Source: a virus (lineage: Duplodnaviria > Caudoviricetes). From it: 27,419 bases of DNA. The stretch lies in the IMG/VR virus record IMGVR_UViG_3300020045_005886, positions 1 through 27,419 of that record. One strand, given 5' to 3'. The translations under genes were made by a program, and so were the position numbers. The notes beneath the pieces were generated by a model, which was given only the letters and a program-made list of their open reading frames with translations, did no database searches and was not told the DNA's origin. This document shows, in pieces, positions 18,106 through 27,119 of this stretch (positions are counted from its first letter, which is position 1; every line of letters starts with the position of its first letter).

Positions 18106-18174
18106 ATTTTTCATTAAATTGCCACATGAAAAATCGTTATTTACCTTAGCTAAGATAACTCTTTATTCCGAAAT

Positions 18175-18202
18175 AAAAAACCCCGGCAACCAATAGCCGG
18201 GG
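18175..18202 (-). terminator. Rho-independent terminator
   Basis: Minus strand reads CCCCGGC-TATTGGTT-GCCGGGG-TTTTTT, 22 nt after the 18225 stop. Confidence 0.85.
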
Positions 18203-18224
18203 GGAGCGCAAAAATCAAGATGCC

Positions 18225-18410
18225 TTACTTATTTTGTAAAATCCTTTGTAATATTTCTGGCGGCTGACATGCTTTAAGCGCCTGGGCCGCTTCATTAACA
18301 GCCTTGCTTTCGCTGATATTATTAATCTTTGCATATCCTTTAATAAAAGTATTATTGCATGGCTTTAGATACCCTGTAACTGTTCTGTCTTTCATTGATT
18401 CTTTAGCCAT
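18225..18410 (-). CDS. Small basic protein, possibly ribbon-helix-helix DNA-binding
   Basis: ATG at 18410 (MAKESMKDRTVTGYLKP...YAKINNISESKAVNEA); strand-helix-helix pattern; last gene before the terminator. Confidence 0.5.
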   Translation of the reverse strand: MAKESMKDRTVTGYLKPCNNTFIKGYAKINNISESKAVNEAAQALKACQPPEILQRILQNK

Positions 18411-18414
18411 AATA

Positions 18415-19230
18415 TTATTTTTCAAATACAATATACTCAAATACCAATGCCTGCACAACGGTAGGGCTAACAAGCTCCCTTACACATAAAACAAAATTTG
18501 TAGTGGTTCTTAATCTTATTGTCCAGGTGGCTACACAATCATTTACCGGTGTGCCTGTGCTGACCATACATCCCATAACATAGTAGTTTGCGCTTGACAA
18601 AGTTATAGGCAGGGTTACTGTAAACTCCTGGTAAACTGTTGGAGTGATATCTCCTATTGTGTGCGTTCCAGCTGTTAATACCGGGTTTAAATTTGATGCT
18701 GCTGGTACATCAACGTTTAGCGTTGGGTAAGCTCCACTTATAACTGCCTGCCCACTGCCTGTTAAATTAAGCTGCGCCGGTATAGTAAAATTTAAAAATA
18801 CTGCTGCAGCGTAATTAGCAAGCCCGCTACCGGACGCTGCTGCTGTTAGTTGCATCTTATGAATATCATGTATATTATGAGTTGTCGCATCACTAAAAGT
18901 GCATGGGTCAGCATCGGTTGTATACTGGGTTGTAATTATACTAAATACCGCAACATCTGATCCACTCGCTGTGAAACTGGCGGCATCAATTAAATAAAAT
19001 TCACCTGCCCAAAAAACAACACCCTCAGTAGTTGTATATGTTGGATATGTACCTGAATTAACTACACCACGTAGTATGTACATCGTACTCGCACTGTATG
19101 TTGGCCCGATGAGCGATTTTATTAATTCTGTAAACCCTTCTCTGAAGCATAGCTGCAGAAATTCCAGCGTTCCCTTTTTCGGGAAAAACTGTGCACTATT
19201 GGTTATCGGTGTTACTTCTAATTTTTTCAT
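18415..19230 (-). CDS. Short tail fibre / baseplate-attached fibre protein
   Basis: Follows the J- and I-like genes; C-terminal beta domain (FTVTLPITLSSANYYV...TTTNFVLCVRE) of the kind seen at fibre tips; no signal peptide. Confidence 0.6.
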   Translation of the reverse strand: MKKLEVTPITNSAQFFPKKGTLEFLQLCFREGFTELIKSLIGPTYSASTMYILRGVVNSGTYPTYTTTEGVVFWAGEFYLIDAASFTASGSDVAVFSIITTQYTTDADPCTFSDATTHNIHDIHKMQLTAAASGSGLANYAAAVFLNFTIPAQLNLTGSGQAVISGAYPTLNVDVPAASNLNPVLTAGTHTIGDITPTVYQEFTVTLPITLSSANYYVMGCMVSTGTPVNDCVATWTIRLRTTTNFVLCVRELVSPTVVQALVFEYIVFEK

Positions 19231-19231
19231 T

Positions 19232-19897
19232 TTAGTATGTTACGATTGTGTAATTTAAACCTATTGGAATATATTTATCAACAAAATTTCTTACAGCTTC
19301 CTCATTTGTTAATGCGAATAATGATGCAAGGAAGTTTATCTGAAAATTATTTAACTGCACAAACGGGTAAGCACCGCCAATGCTATCACTGCTCGTATCT
19401 TCACCAATACTGCTAACATCTGTACCTGATTCATCCTCCCCGATTCTGAAACCTGCCAATACCGCCGCAATATTGGTAATGTAAATATCACTATCCAGCC
19501 CGGTTGCCGGTTGCCGGAATACACCATCAAACTGAGTGTTCAATGCCCACTCTAAAACAATTTTTTGCCCGTTGTATTTTATCCGTTCATCAACCCCGAT
19601 GAAATTTTCCTGTATCAGCCGCCAGTCGGTTGTATTTGTAGGATCATTGGTTGTGCCGTCTGTAATACACTCATAAATACTTTTACCATACTTAACCTGG
19701 TCATAAATGTTGTAAGCCCCGGCTGAATAAACGGGGGCTGTTGATCCTGTTTTGAAGCTACCTAAAACTAAATCACGGCACCACTGAGCCGCCGTTAATA
19801 AAGATTGCATTAATGCCAGCGGTTGCGGATCCCGTTTATCAGGCGGAAACTGGTCTATCGCTTGTTGGTTGAAATAAATATCGTAGATTTCTGGCAT
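19232..19897 (-). CDS. Baseplate wedge protein (gpI / Mu gp48-like) with inserted module
   Basis: PPDKR, YNGQKIVLEWALN..FD and C-terminal VRNFVDKY.P.G..YTI motifs. Confidence 0.7.
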   Translation of the reverse strand: MPEIYDIYFNQQAIDQFPPDKRDPQPLALMQSLLTAAQWCRDLVLGSFKTGSTAPVYSAGAYNIYDQVKYGKSIYECITDGTTNDPTNTTDWRLIQENFIGVDERIKYNGQKIVLEWALNTQFDGVFRQPATGLDSDIYITNIAAVLAGFRIGEDESGTDVSSIGEDTSSDSIGGAYPFVQLNNFQINFLASLFALTNEEAVRNFVDKYIPIGLNYTIVTY

Positions 19898-20013
19898 TAA
19901 TCTTTAAGTATTGGCGTTATAATATCTATTCCAAAAAACTGAAACGGTAAATAAAGTGGTATTGCAATAAAAAGTAAACATACCTGAAAATATATTTTTA
20001 AGAACTCTTTCAT
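19897..20013 (-). CDS. 38 aa hydrophobic microprotein, absent from the ORF track
   Basis: MKEFLKIYFQVCLLFIAIPLYLPFQFFGIDIITPILKD*; TAATG overlaps at both ends. Confidence 0.65.
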   Translation of the reverse strand: MKEFLKIYFQVCLLFIAIPLYLPFQFFGIDIITPILKD

Positions 20014-20876
20014 TATTCAGCTATAAATGTTAATGAATCTGCAAACGTATATCCAACAGTGTCCTCCTGCCCGATGTAACCAGCTATGGTCTGCCACTTT
20101 CTCTGCAATACCTGTGTACCTAATATTAAATCAATCCCGGATGCAAAAGCATCGGCATCAGCCCTCCCCCGTACATTATTTAAAACAACATCGTTTACGC
20201 CGGTAACGCCGTTTATTATTCCCTCCAGATCAGCCATTTCAACAGTACCGTTAAAGTTATTGGTTGCCCGGTCAACAAACCATGCCTCAATAGCTGCAAT
20301 AACATTAGCCTGGATAACAGCAGCGTATTGCCCCTGGTAATAAATATCAGCCTCTATAAACATCTTATCGCTTTCCAAACTTACCACAACATAATTTATA
20401 CCGGCCACGCCAATAATATTAATATACCCCTGTGCTGCTGATAATTCCGGGGCTGATAATGCAACAAACGGATTTTCCTTTGCAACCTTAACCTGCGTTT
20501 CATTCGATACGCTACTGGTAACGCTGCATGCTGTTATTATTCTCAGTAACGGGTCAACAACAGGGTATTCAGGAATGGTATTAATAAGTGCAATTATTTG
20601 CGGGTCTGTTGCCGAATATTGAAACTTAAACATCTTATCCTGCACCCACGGAGCAGATGCAGCCGGTGCTTTAGCAGCAACATCTTCAATGGTTTGTTGA
20701 AATAGATCCTGTAACTGTTCTATAACTGCCTGGCAGGTTGCAACAGTAAAGCATATTGCCCGTAACATATTTCGCTTACTCCATGTTGTCGGATCAATAG
20801 TAATACCTATAGCTGCAAAGTTGGTTACTAACTGTGCTTTTATATAGCTGTTTATTTCATCGACGGAGCGTGCCAT
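20013..20876 (-). CDS. Baseplate J-like protein
   Basis: MARSVDEI start; W......FQY, VKVAK, AGINY.VVS, NFNG...ADL...I.GVTGVNDV and AGY motifs. Confidence 0.75.
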   Translation of the reverse strand: MARSVDEINSYIKAQLVTNFAAIGITIDPTTWSKRNMLRAICFTVATCQAVIEQLQDLFQQTIEDVAAKAPAASAPWVQDKMFKFQYSATDPQIIALINTIPEYPVVDPLLRIITACSVTSSVSNETQVKVAKENPFVALSAPELSAAQGYINIIGVAGINYVVVSLESDKMFIEADIYYQGQYAAVIQANVIAAIEAWFVDRATNNFNGTVEMADLEGIINGVTGVNDVVLNNVRGRADADAFASGIDLILGTQVLQRKWQTIAGYIGQEDTVGYTFADSLTFIAE

Positions 20877-20883
20877 TTTATTG

Positions 20884-21078
20884 TTATTTTATTTGGGGGC
20901 TGTATTTTAATATCTTAACAAGCATTACCAACTCTTCTTTATTAAATTGTGAAATATCAATTCCACACCACGTAACATTACCTATACTGGAAGGTACATC
21001 ATCATGTGCCCTTTTTATCCTTTCCTTTGCATCATTAAACCTTAGTTGTTCTAAAGTATCTTCTTGTTCTTTTATCAT
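20884..21078 (-). CDS. Hypothetical protein (64 aa)
   Basis: Fills the gap between neighbours with 1-7 nt spacing. Confidence 0.55.
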   Translation of the reverse strand: MIKEQEDTLEQLRFNDAKERIKRAHDDVPSSIGNVTWCGIDISQFNKEELVMLVKILKYSPQIK

Positions 21079-21079
21079 C

Positions 21080-21640
21080 TTATTGCGGTATTAAATAATT
21101 AGGATTCTTTGTTACGTTTAATACTAAATCTGTTGGCGGCACACTGTCAATGTACTTATCCGGGTGCTCACTATCCAGTTTGCTGCCTGTTGTGTCCGTG
21201 AAGTTACAAACGAAATCAATAATATAATGATATACATTTGAGTGCTCATAATCCTGTTGTTCTGATATACAATTCAACGGCCCGCAATTTGTTGGCCGGT
21301 ATGCTGTTAGCAACGCCCTTACATGGTCCCTTAAATCAAATATCAATAAATCCTGTTCAAATGTTCCCTCATTATTATAATTTTCGTGCGATAAATGAAT
21401 TTTGAACCCAATGTCACAACTCTGGTAACCCTGCCCCAAAGTTTCGAATGTTGCAGGGCTAACTATCTCGACAAATGCAGCCGGCTTAGGAAAGTTGTAC
21501 AGTTTGCCGTCTTCTTCATAACGTATTTGGTTATTCCAAACACGGGAATAAAGATCAACGGTATTACCGTCCCCGTTAACTACCTGTAAAGTGGTTAATC
21601 TGGTCAACATATCCTGTAATGGTTGTTTTATGCCTGGCAT
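21080..21640 (-). CDS. Tail completion / terminator protein (Mu gp37-like)
   Basis: VWNNQI and PKPAAFVEI motifs; follows the gpG-like gene. Confidence 0.65.
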   Translation of the reverse strand: MPGIKQPLQDMLTRLTTLQVVNGDGNTVDLYSRVWNNQIRYEEDGKLYNFPKPAAFVEIVSPATFETLGQGYQSCDIGFKIHLSHENYNNEGTFEQDLLIFDLRDHVRALLTAYRPTNCGPLNCISEQQDYEHSNVYHYIIDFVCNFTDTTGSKLDSEHPDKYIDSVPPTDLVLNVTKNPNYLIPQ

Positions 21641-21753
21641 AGTATTTTATCAATATAATTTTTAGCTTCATTAAAAGAAAAGAATGTTATAGCAATGCCC
21701 TTAATAGTAAACGACCTGCCATTGTTCGTTATGGTATAACCATTATGTACCAT
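21628..21753 (-). CDS. 41 aa microprotein, absent from the ORF track
   Basis: MVHNGYTITNNGRSFTIKGIAITFFSFNEAKNYIDKILCQA*; fills the gap and overlaps the next start. Confidence 0.45.
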   Translation of the reverse strand: MVHNGYTITNNGRSFTIKGIAITFFSFNEAKNYIDKILCQA

Positions 21754-21761
21754 TTGTTGTT

Positions 21762-22214
21762 TTACGTCTGCCATGACTTATTTATATATTTTTTAATTTT
21801 CTGTTTCTGTTCTTCAACCAGTTTAGGACTGTTCCCCATAAACCGGCGGCGTGGCATGTTTATTTTACTATCCCCTTCATTTATTGCATTGGCCTGTGGC
21901 AGATCAACAACCAGCCTCACACTCTGAAACGTTGCCGACCTGATACTGTTAGATACTGCCCGGCGCAACCTTCCTGTTCTTACCAGTATTGGCGAAGTGC
22001 GGCGGGAAAGCCCTTTTAGTTTCGGGTACTTGTATTCATCAGTACCTGGTGTCCGCCTGTTTACTTCTTTCCATTGTTGCCCGTCCCATCCCTGCTTAGT
22101 AAAAGAACTTACAAAATAATTCTGTGCATGGTTTGCCAATATCACCGGTAATTCAGATTTCATCCTTAACAGGTTTGTACGTAACCGGTTAAAATGAAAT
22201 TTATTATCAGGCAT
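21762..22214 (-). CDS. Virion morphogenesis protein (Mu gpG-like)
   Basis: F..QGWDGQQW, ILVRTGRLRRAV and INEG....MPRRRFMG.S motifs. Confidence 0.8.
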   Translation of the reverse strand: MPDNKFHFNRLRTNLLRMKSELPVILANHAQNYFVSSFTKQGWDGQQWKEVNRRTPGTDEYKYPKLKGLSRRTSPILVRTGRLRRAVSNSIRSATFQSVRLVVDLPQANAINEGDSKINMPRRRFMGNSPKLVEEQKQKIKKYINKSWQT

Positions 22215-22476
22215 CAGTCAATATTTTTTTCTTTTCAAATTCGCATTCCAATCTTTCGTTCATAAACCTGTGCCCTTTTCGGATAAGCACGTTATTGAAC
22301 TGCAGTCCATCATCATCAAACCACAGATCAGGTTTTTGTTTACGCATGTAAACCCTGAATAAATTCCAGTACATTTTATCCAGGTTCACAACAGTAACTT
22401 TTTTGCCTTTAGCTTTCCAGTGGGCTAAGGCGGCTGCGATCATATCAATACAAATATTTCCGGTTGTTTTATTCAT
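22207..22476 (-). CDS. Hypothetical protein
   Basis: Coupled ORF in the head module. Confidence 0.6.
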   Translation of the reverse strand: MNKTTGNICIDMIAAALAHWKAKGKKVTVVNLDKMYWNLFRVYMRKQKPDLWFDDDGLQFNNVLIRKGHRFMNERLECEFEKKKILTDA

Positions 22477-22479
22477 CTT

Positions 22480-22686
22480 TTATACATTTGATAATGTTGC
22501 GTTCCTGTTTTTCATGAAAATATCTACGATAACTTTATGCTTTTTATAACTTTTTACATTTCTGTTTAATTCTTTACAAAGATTTGTGTACATATCTTTT
22601 GATAAAACAAAAGTTAAATAACCTGTATTTTTAGGTGCAGCATCTAACATTCTTTCCATTGCACTTACTGATGTTTCTTTATTCAT
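22480..22686 (-). CDS. Hypothetical basic protein (68 aa)
   Basis: Start reassigned to the ATG at 22686 (MNKETS...), overlapping the gpF-like stop by 8 nt. Confidence 0.55.
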   Translation of the reverse strand: MNKETSVSAMERMLDAAPKNTGYLTFVLSKDMYTNLCKELNRNVKSYKKHKVIVDIFMKNRNATLSNV

Positions 22687-23443
22687 CTTTATCAGGTATT
22701 GGTAATCCAAAATTATCTTTTCCAGGGCCGGTAAAATACGGGTGGTCCTTCGGAAATATCTCACCTGTTTTACCAACATTATTTTTAAACACATCCTGCA
22801 TCTTATCTTCAACCCCGGCGACCAATTCTGCATTACCTTCCGTTGGCTCATTATCCAGATCATCTAACTGCAAAACAGTACACAGGCAGTTGAAATGATT
22901 AAGCGGCATTACTGTATCCCATACCGGGTCATCTATTTTTGCGGTCATGCCATCCAGCGGCCCACAAATATCACAAGCATCGCCAACAGCAGAATATCGT
23001 AACAACGGCAATATAGACCTGTTCTTTTCAATATCGTTCCACTTAGCAGCCATAGTTCCCTGCCCTACTGCTGTATTGTATTCCGTTTTTCCCCAATCAT
23101 TATTCCATGTGTCGTATGTTTCACGGCCCAGCTTATTAAACTCCCTTTGTGTTCTTACACCTCCGTTTTCATCAACCAGTAACTTACTTACATCTTCAAC
23201 AAAGTGATAGGTTTTGCCGGCTGAAAACATATAAATATTTTCCCGTAACTCAGTCAATAATTCCAAATCTTTACCGCCTACATTTATCGCCTCCGCCAGA
23301 TCCATCCCAAAGCCTTTGTATAGCCCTTTTTTCAGGTAATCAGTAACCGTTGTGTAATAATCCAAAGGCAGATCAAACTCTGTTATTGAACCGTTGAAAA
23401 TACCGTCCAATAGTTTTTCTATCTGCTTATCGGTATATTTCAT
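22679..23443 (-). CDS. Minor head protein (Mu gpF / SPP1 gp7-like)
   Basis: KTEYNTA, LRYSAVGD.C..C..LDG and PLNHFNCLC motifs. Confidence 0.85.
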   Translation of the reverse strand: MKYTDKQIEKLLDGIFNGSITEFDLPLDYYTTVTDYLKKGLYKGFGMDLAEAINVGGKDLELLTELRENIYMFSAGKTYHFVEDVSKLLVDENGGVRTQREFNKLGRETYDTWNNDWGKTEYNTAVGQGTMAAKWNDIEKNRSILPLLRYSAVGDACDICGPLDGMTAKIDDPVWDTVMPLNHFNCLCTVLQLDDLDNEPTEGNAELVAGVEDKMQDVFKNNVGKTGEIFPKDHPYFTGPGKDNFGLPIPDKDE

Positions 23444-24716
23444 TTAGTTTATTTTTTATAGACGGCTTAAATGTTGGTGGTGTCGGCGGCACAGCCGGGG
23501 CAGATAATTTAATACCTGTCTGTTCTGTGAAATACCCTGCGTCCATCTGCAGCCCCGCTTGTTTTATTTTAATAGCCAGGTCACTCACAGTATTTGACAT
23601 TTCCATAACCTCTGCATCGTTTTTAAAACAAAATTTACAGTTATCAGGTATCACAAAACCAAGCACTCGTAATTTAGGCAGCAAAATATTATTCACAACG
23701 TTTTCAACAAACTCGCCGTCTTTGGTCTGCTTATCCTGCATAGCCTGAAACACCGGGTTATCAATACCTGTGCCGGCGCCAAGTTTTCCAGGCACACTAT
23801 CCATTGCATCAGCATGGCCAAGTATCATTTTACTTATAAGTTTCTGCAACCTTGCTTCCAGATTATCGTAACTTTTATAACCAGTGCCGCCTAATGCGGT
23901 TTCAATAAATTCAATCTCATCCTGTGGATCAGTAATGGCGTAACCACTGGACCCCATATTGATTATTGACTGTTCAAATTGCGCTCTCTCATCTTCGTTT
24001 GTTTTTGTTGTTTTCCCGTGCCTGAATGGCTGTGCAAACAGTTCAACAAACGATCCGTTAAAACCTAATAAATTACGTAGAAATATTTCAGCAACACTCA
24101 CATCATATAAAATACCGTAACCACATGGTGAGGTACCGATCTCATTTGGTGTTTCGATATAAACATACCAGTCCTTGTACAGGTCATCTTCAATAAAGTT
24201 TACCCCGTGTGGCATATACGGGAAAGTTCCTAACTCATAGCGATCAGGCGAAACATTCCAGCGCTTTACTATTTTCAGTTTTGGGAATTCGCCGTTAACA
24301 ATATCGTTTAACTGTATAAGTGAGTAACCATAAAACAAAGCATCTAAAGAGTAGTTAAGAAAATGAGAAAACCATTTGCAGTTAAACTGCTCAGTAATCT
24401 TTTCGTTTGGTGTTTCATTTTCTCCAAAATACCAGTCACGCAAAAGCGTTAAGTCTTTCCGTCTTTCCATACATGCCTTAATATGCAGGTTATCGGTGGT
24501 GTTTAAAAACAGCTGCTGCATTTTATACCGGAACGGGAAATATGCCCTTTCAGCTTCAGCAATAGCGTCCCGGCGGCTTTGCGCATCCTGGTATATCCTG
24601 GAAATCTGAATAGGGACAATGCCTATAGTTGCAGCCTTTTTAACTTTAGCGGGTAATATAGCTGCTGCCACCCTGGTAAGCATTTTAGATGCGATTATTT
24701 GTAGTTGGTTTGGCAT
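23427..24716 (-). CDS. Portal protein (DUF935 / Mu gp29-like)
   Basis: DALFYGYSLIQL, FVELFAQPFR.GKT and ISKMILG motifs; synteny. Confidence 0.85.
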   Translation of the reverse strand: MPNQLQIIASKMLTRVAAAILPAKVKKAATIGIVPIQISRIYQDAQSRRDAIAEAERAYFPFRYKMQQLFLNTTDNLHIKACMERRKDLTLLRDWYFGENETPNEKITEQFNCKWFSHFLNYSLDALFYGYSLIQLNDIVNGEFPKLKIVKRWNVSPDRYELGTFPYMPHGVNFIEDDLYKDWYVYIETPNEIGTSPCGYGILYDVSVAEIFLRNLLGFNGSFVELFAQPFRHGKTTKTNEDERAQFEQSIINMGSSGYAITDPQDEIEFIETALGGTGYKSYDNLEARLQKLISKMILGHADAMDSVPGKLGAGTGIDNPVFQAMQDKQTKDGEFVENVVNNILLPKLRVLGFVIPDNCKFCFKNDAEVMEMSNTVSDLAIKIKQAGLQMDAGYFTEQTGIKLSAPAVPPTPPTFKPSIKNKLNEIYR

Positions 24717-25600
24717 CAGTAATTATTTTGTCTTTTTATTTCACCGCCCCACCTTATACGGCGCCCCTGCATAGGCTGTATCAATGGTAATGCCGCTGTA
24801 ACTGTTTTACCTTGTGCTACATTGGTAAGCCATTTTATCACGTCATCATAACGCTTTACCCTTAACTCAGGAATATTACGGGGGGCAATGCGGCTATGTA
24901 CCGTGTATAGTGCCACATCTATACAATAGTTAACTAATTGCTGATTACGGTTATCTCCCGCTGTCCATTTTGCTGTATCTGTTGGTAACGTGCCGGCAGC
25001 AACGCTATAAGCAACACCGGTGCCCCAATACTGCAAACCTGATAACGTGTCATCAGGGAAAACATTTAACGGCGGTAAGTTTTGATAACTACCAGCCTGT
25101 AATTGCCCGGCATGGGTAGGAACAACCGTTGGTAATACACAGGTGTAAACTTTATCCTTCCAAAATACCTCATCGCCGGCGGCATAAATAGCGGCACTAT
25201 TAAATTCAGGTTCCGGTAACGTAACGTAAAACATGGAATATTGCGGGCCTATTAACGTCCATTCACCTGCATTAAAAGCATGTGCGACATTGCCGGCTAT
25301 TGAAATATAAACATTACCTGCCTGTAGGCATAAATCATTTGTTACATACACTGCTGATGCGCTATAAGCGGTTGCATCCAGGTAAACCCGGTTATTAGCT
25401 TTGTACGCTGTTGCACGGGTCCAGGGAACAGTATCTGTAAATTCTTTTGAGCAATCGTATTTTTGGATAAGGTAAGATGTTAGTTCGACAACAGCGGCAA
25501 TTTTTACCTGATCGAGAATAGTATAATCGCTGCCTATGATAGCTGCTAAATTATCCGTTTGGATAAGTTTTTTAAAATCTGACAATATTAAGTATGCCAT
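24716..25600 (-). CDS. Head-tail adaptor (DUF1320 / Mu gp36-like) with large internal insertion
   Basis: N-terminal YL...DF...ELTSYL..KYD and C-terminal RN..LV.YC.D.ALY...R.....IPELRVKRYD....WL..VA.G, separated by about 160 aa of repeats. Confidence 0.75.
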   Translation of the reverse strand: MAYLILSDFKKLIQTDNLAAIIGSDYTILDQVKIAAVVELTSYLIQKYDCSKEFTDTVPWTRATAYKANNRVYLDATAYSASAVYVTNDLCLQAGNVYISIAGNVAHAFNAGEWTLIGPQYSMFYVTLPEPEFNSAAIYAAGDEVFWKDKVYTCVLPTVVPTHAGQLQAGSYQNLPPLNVFPDDTLSGLQYWGTGVAYSVAAGTLPTDTAKWTAGDNRNQQLVNYCIDVALYTVHSRIAPRNIPELRVKRYDDVIKWLTNVAQGKTVTAALPLIQPMQGRRIRWGGEIKRQNNY

Positions 25601-25608
25601 ATTACGGT

Positions 25609-25638
25609 TAAAGGTAATTATATTTTACAAAAAAACAA
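25609..25638 (-). promoter_or_regulatory. Bacteroidota-type promoter upstream of the head-tail adaptor gene
   Basis: Minus strand TTG (25638-25636), 19 nt spacer, TACCTTTA (25616-25609); ATG 8 nt later. Confidence 0.45.
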
Positions 25639-25643
25639 TTAAT

Positions 25644-27119
25644 TTAATACGCATGCTTTGTAACTGATTTACCAACCTTAATCGGAATAAACAAATTACC
25701 ACGCTGATACAGGTCATATTCTTCAGCAAAAGTATGGCAAAGAAAGTACCTGGTAAGATCAACAAAGTGTCCAAATGGCTGGTAAGATACCCCGGTAACT
25801 GAATCAGTAACCGGCTTTTTATCAATCTTCCCGTTCTTATCTTCTTTAGTGTTTTCGTAATCAGTTATTGCAACCCTGCATTCTTTATCAACGCCGAATG
25901 ACATTTTAGGTACCTGCCCGTCGAGTATTGAGTTAAAGAAATCTGCAGACATCGTTACAGACGGGTTCGATCTTGGTGTATGACGCTGTGGTTTAAATTC
26001 CTGTAGCCCGGCCATAATAAGTCTAAACATATCATGGCCCTCTTCCAATTTTACATCTTCTTTCTGACTGGTAGCGTCACCGCCGATAAATACCCTGCCT
26101 TTGTGACCCCACTCTATTAATTTTCGGCGTATCTCTGCACACATCCAGCTAATTTTATTATTTGGATTCTTTGCTGCGATACAGTGTATCATCCGGGGTG
26201 ACTTTAAATCCGTGCCTACCTGGAATATCCCACAGGGGAAATATGGGTTTACATTTTCATCAAAATAAAGGTAAATGGCCTGATCAGGATCGTATTTATA
26301 AACACCTACATGATTTTCACTTCGCCAACATTTTAAAAACTCACCACCAAAAACAACTTTACCCCACTCACCGAGCACATTGACACGGTAACTGTTAAAA
26401 TTCTTTGTACGCAGGGATTCGTATTCGGATATTAAATTTTCATCCCTGTACCCATATGTACCACACGGGCTGCCTACTATCCAGTAATTATCTTCATAGG
26501 TTGTTTTTATCAGTACAACTTTACCACAGGATGAAATTTTTACAAAAGAATTTTCGCATGGTAACTTCCATTCCGTTGGCAGCCATTCATAATTATCAAC
26601 AAGGTTTGTTTTTACCCAGCTATTTTCATCTACAGGGTTCCATGATGCGAATATCTTTTGGCCCTCAATCCCACGCAACGAAAGATTAAATTGCTCAAAT
26701 TCTGTTTGATCAAAATGATTAAGCTCATCCAGGTAAACGTATTTATAACTTTCAATACCTTTTGCTTTTTCAGGATCATCCAACCCACGCATTACAATTT
26801 CACTCACACTGTCCCCCTGGTTTTTACATAAATACCGGCGGTCCTGTTTTTCAAACGCCGGGTACAGGTACATTAAGTCAATAGCAAGGTTAAACGATTT
26901 TTTTAATGTTGTTGGTATGATAGCTGATTCCTTTCTAAAAGCAATTGAGCTAGCTGCTTTAACATAACATTCTTTACTTAGTATCTGGGATATTGAAACG
27001 GTTTTTGTTGAAGACTTACCACCGTAAACCAGCACTGTTCTTATGGTATGTATTTTTATTATTTCATTCAGGATAAAATAAAGAGGGTTAAACCATTTTT
27101 TATCGAATGTTACCGGCAT
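25644..27119 (-). CDS. terL: Terminase large subunit (PBSX-like)
   Basis: Walker A-like YGGKSSTKT, RGLDDPEKAKG, Walker B YVYLDE, SWNP and VLGEWG motifs; ATG at 27119 preferred over the TTG at 27125. Confidence 0.92.
   Translation of the reverse strand: MPVTFDKKWFNPLYFILNEIIKIHTIRTVLVYGGKSSTKTVSISQILSKECYVKAASSIAFRKESAIIPTTLKKSFNLAIDLMYLYPAFEKQDRRYLCKNQGDSVSEIVMRGLDDPEKAKGIESYKYVYLDELNHFDQTEFEQFNLSLRGIEGQKIFASWNPVDENSWVKTNLVDNYEWLPTEWKLPCENSFVKISSCGKVVLIKTTYEDNYWIVGSPCGTYGYRDENLISEYESLRTKNFNSYRVNVLGEWGKVVFGGEFLKCWRSENHVGVYKYDPDQAIYLYFDENVNPYFPCGIFQVGTDLKSPRMIHCIAAKNPNNKISWMCAEIRRKLIEWGHKGRVFIGGDATSQKEDVKLEEGHDMFRLIMAGLQEFKPQRHTPRSNPSVTMSADFFNSILDGQVPKMSFGVDKECRVAITDYENTKEDKNGKIDKKPVTDSVTGVSYQPFGHFVDLTRYFLCHTFAEEYDLYQRGNLFIPIKVGKSVTKHAY

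Noticed and set aside
22687-22863. Long N-terminus of track ORF 22480..22863
   Set aside because: It lies entirely inside the gpF-like gene; the ATG at 22686 gives a normal short overlap.
735-26689. Many plus-strand ORFs in the track (e.g. 4332-4772, 10754-11371, 16404-17087)
   Set aside because: They are antisense shadows of well-supported minus-strand genes and have no recognisable motifs.
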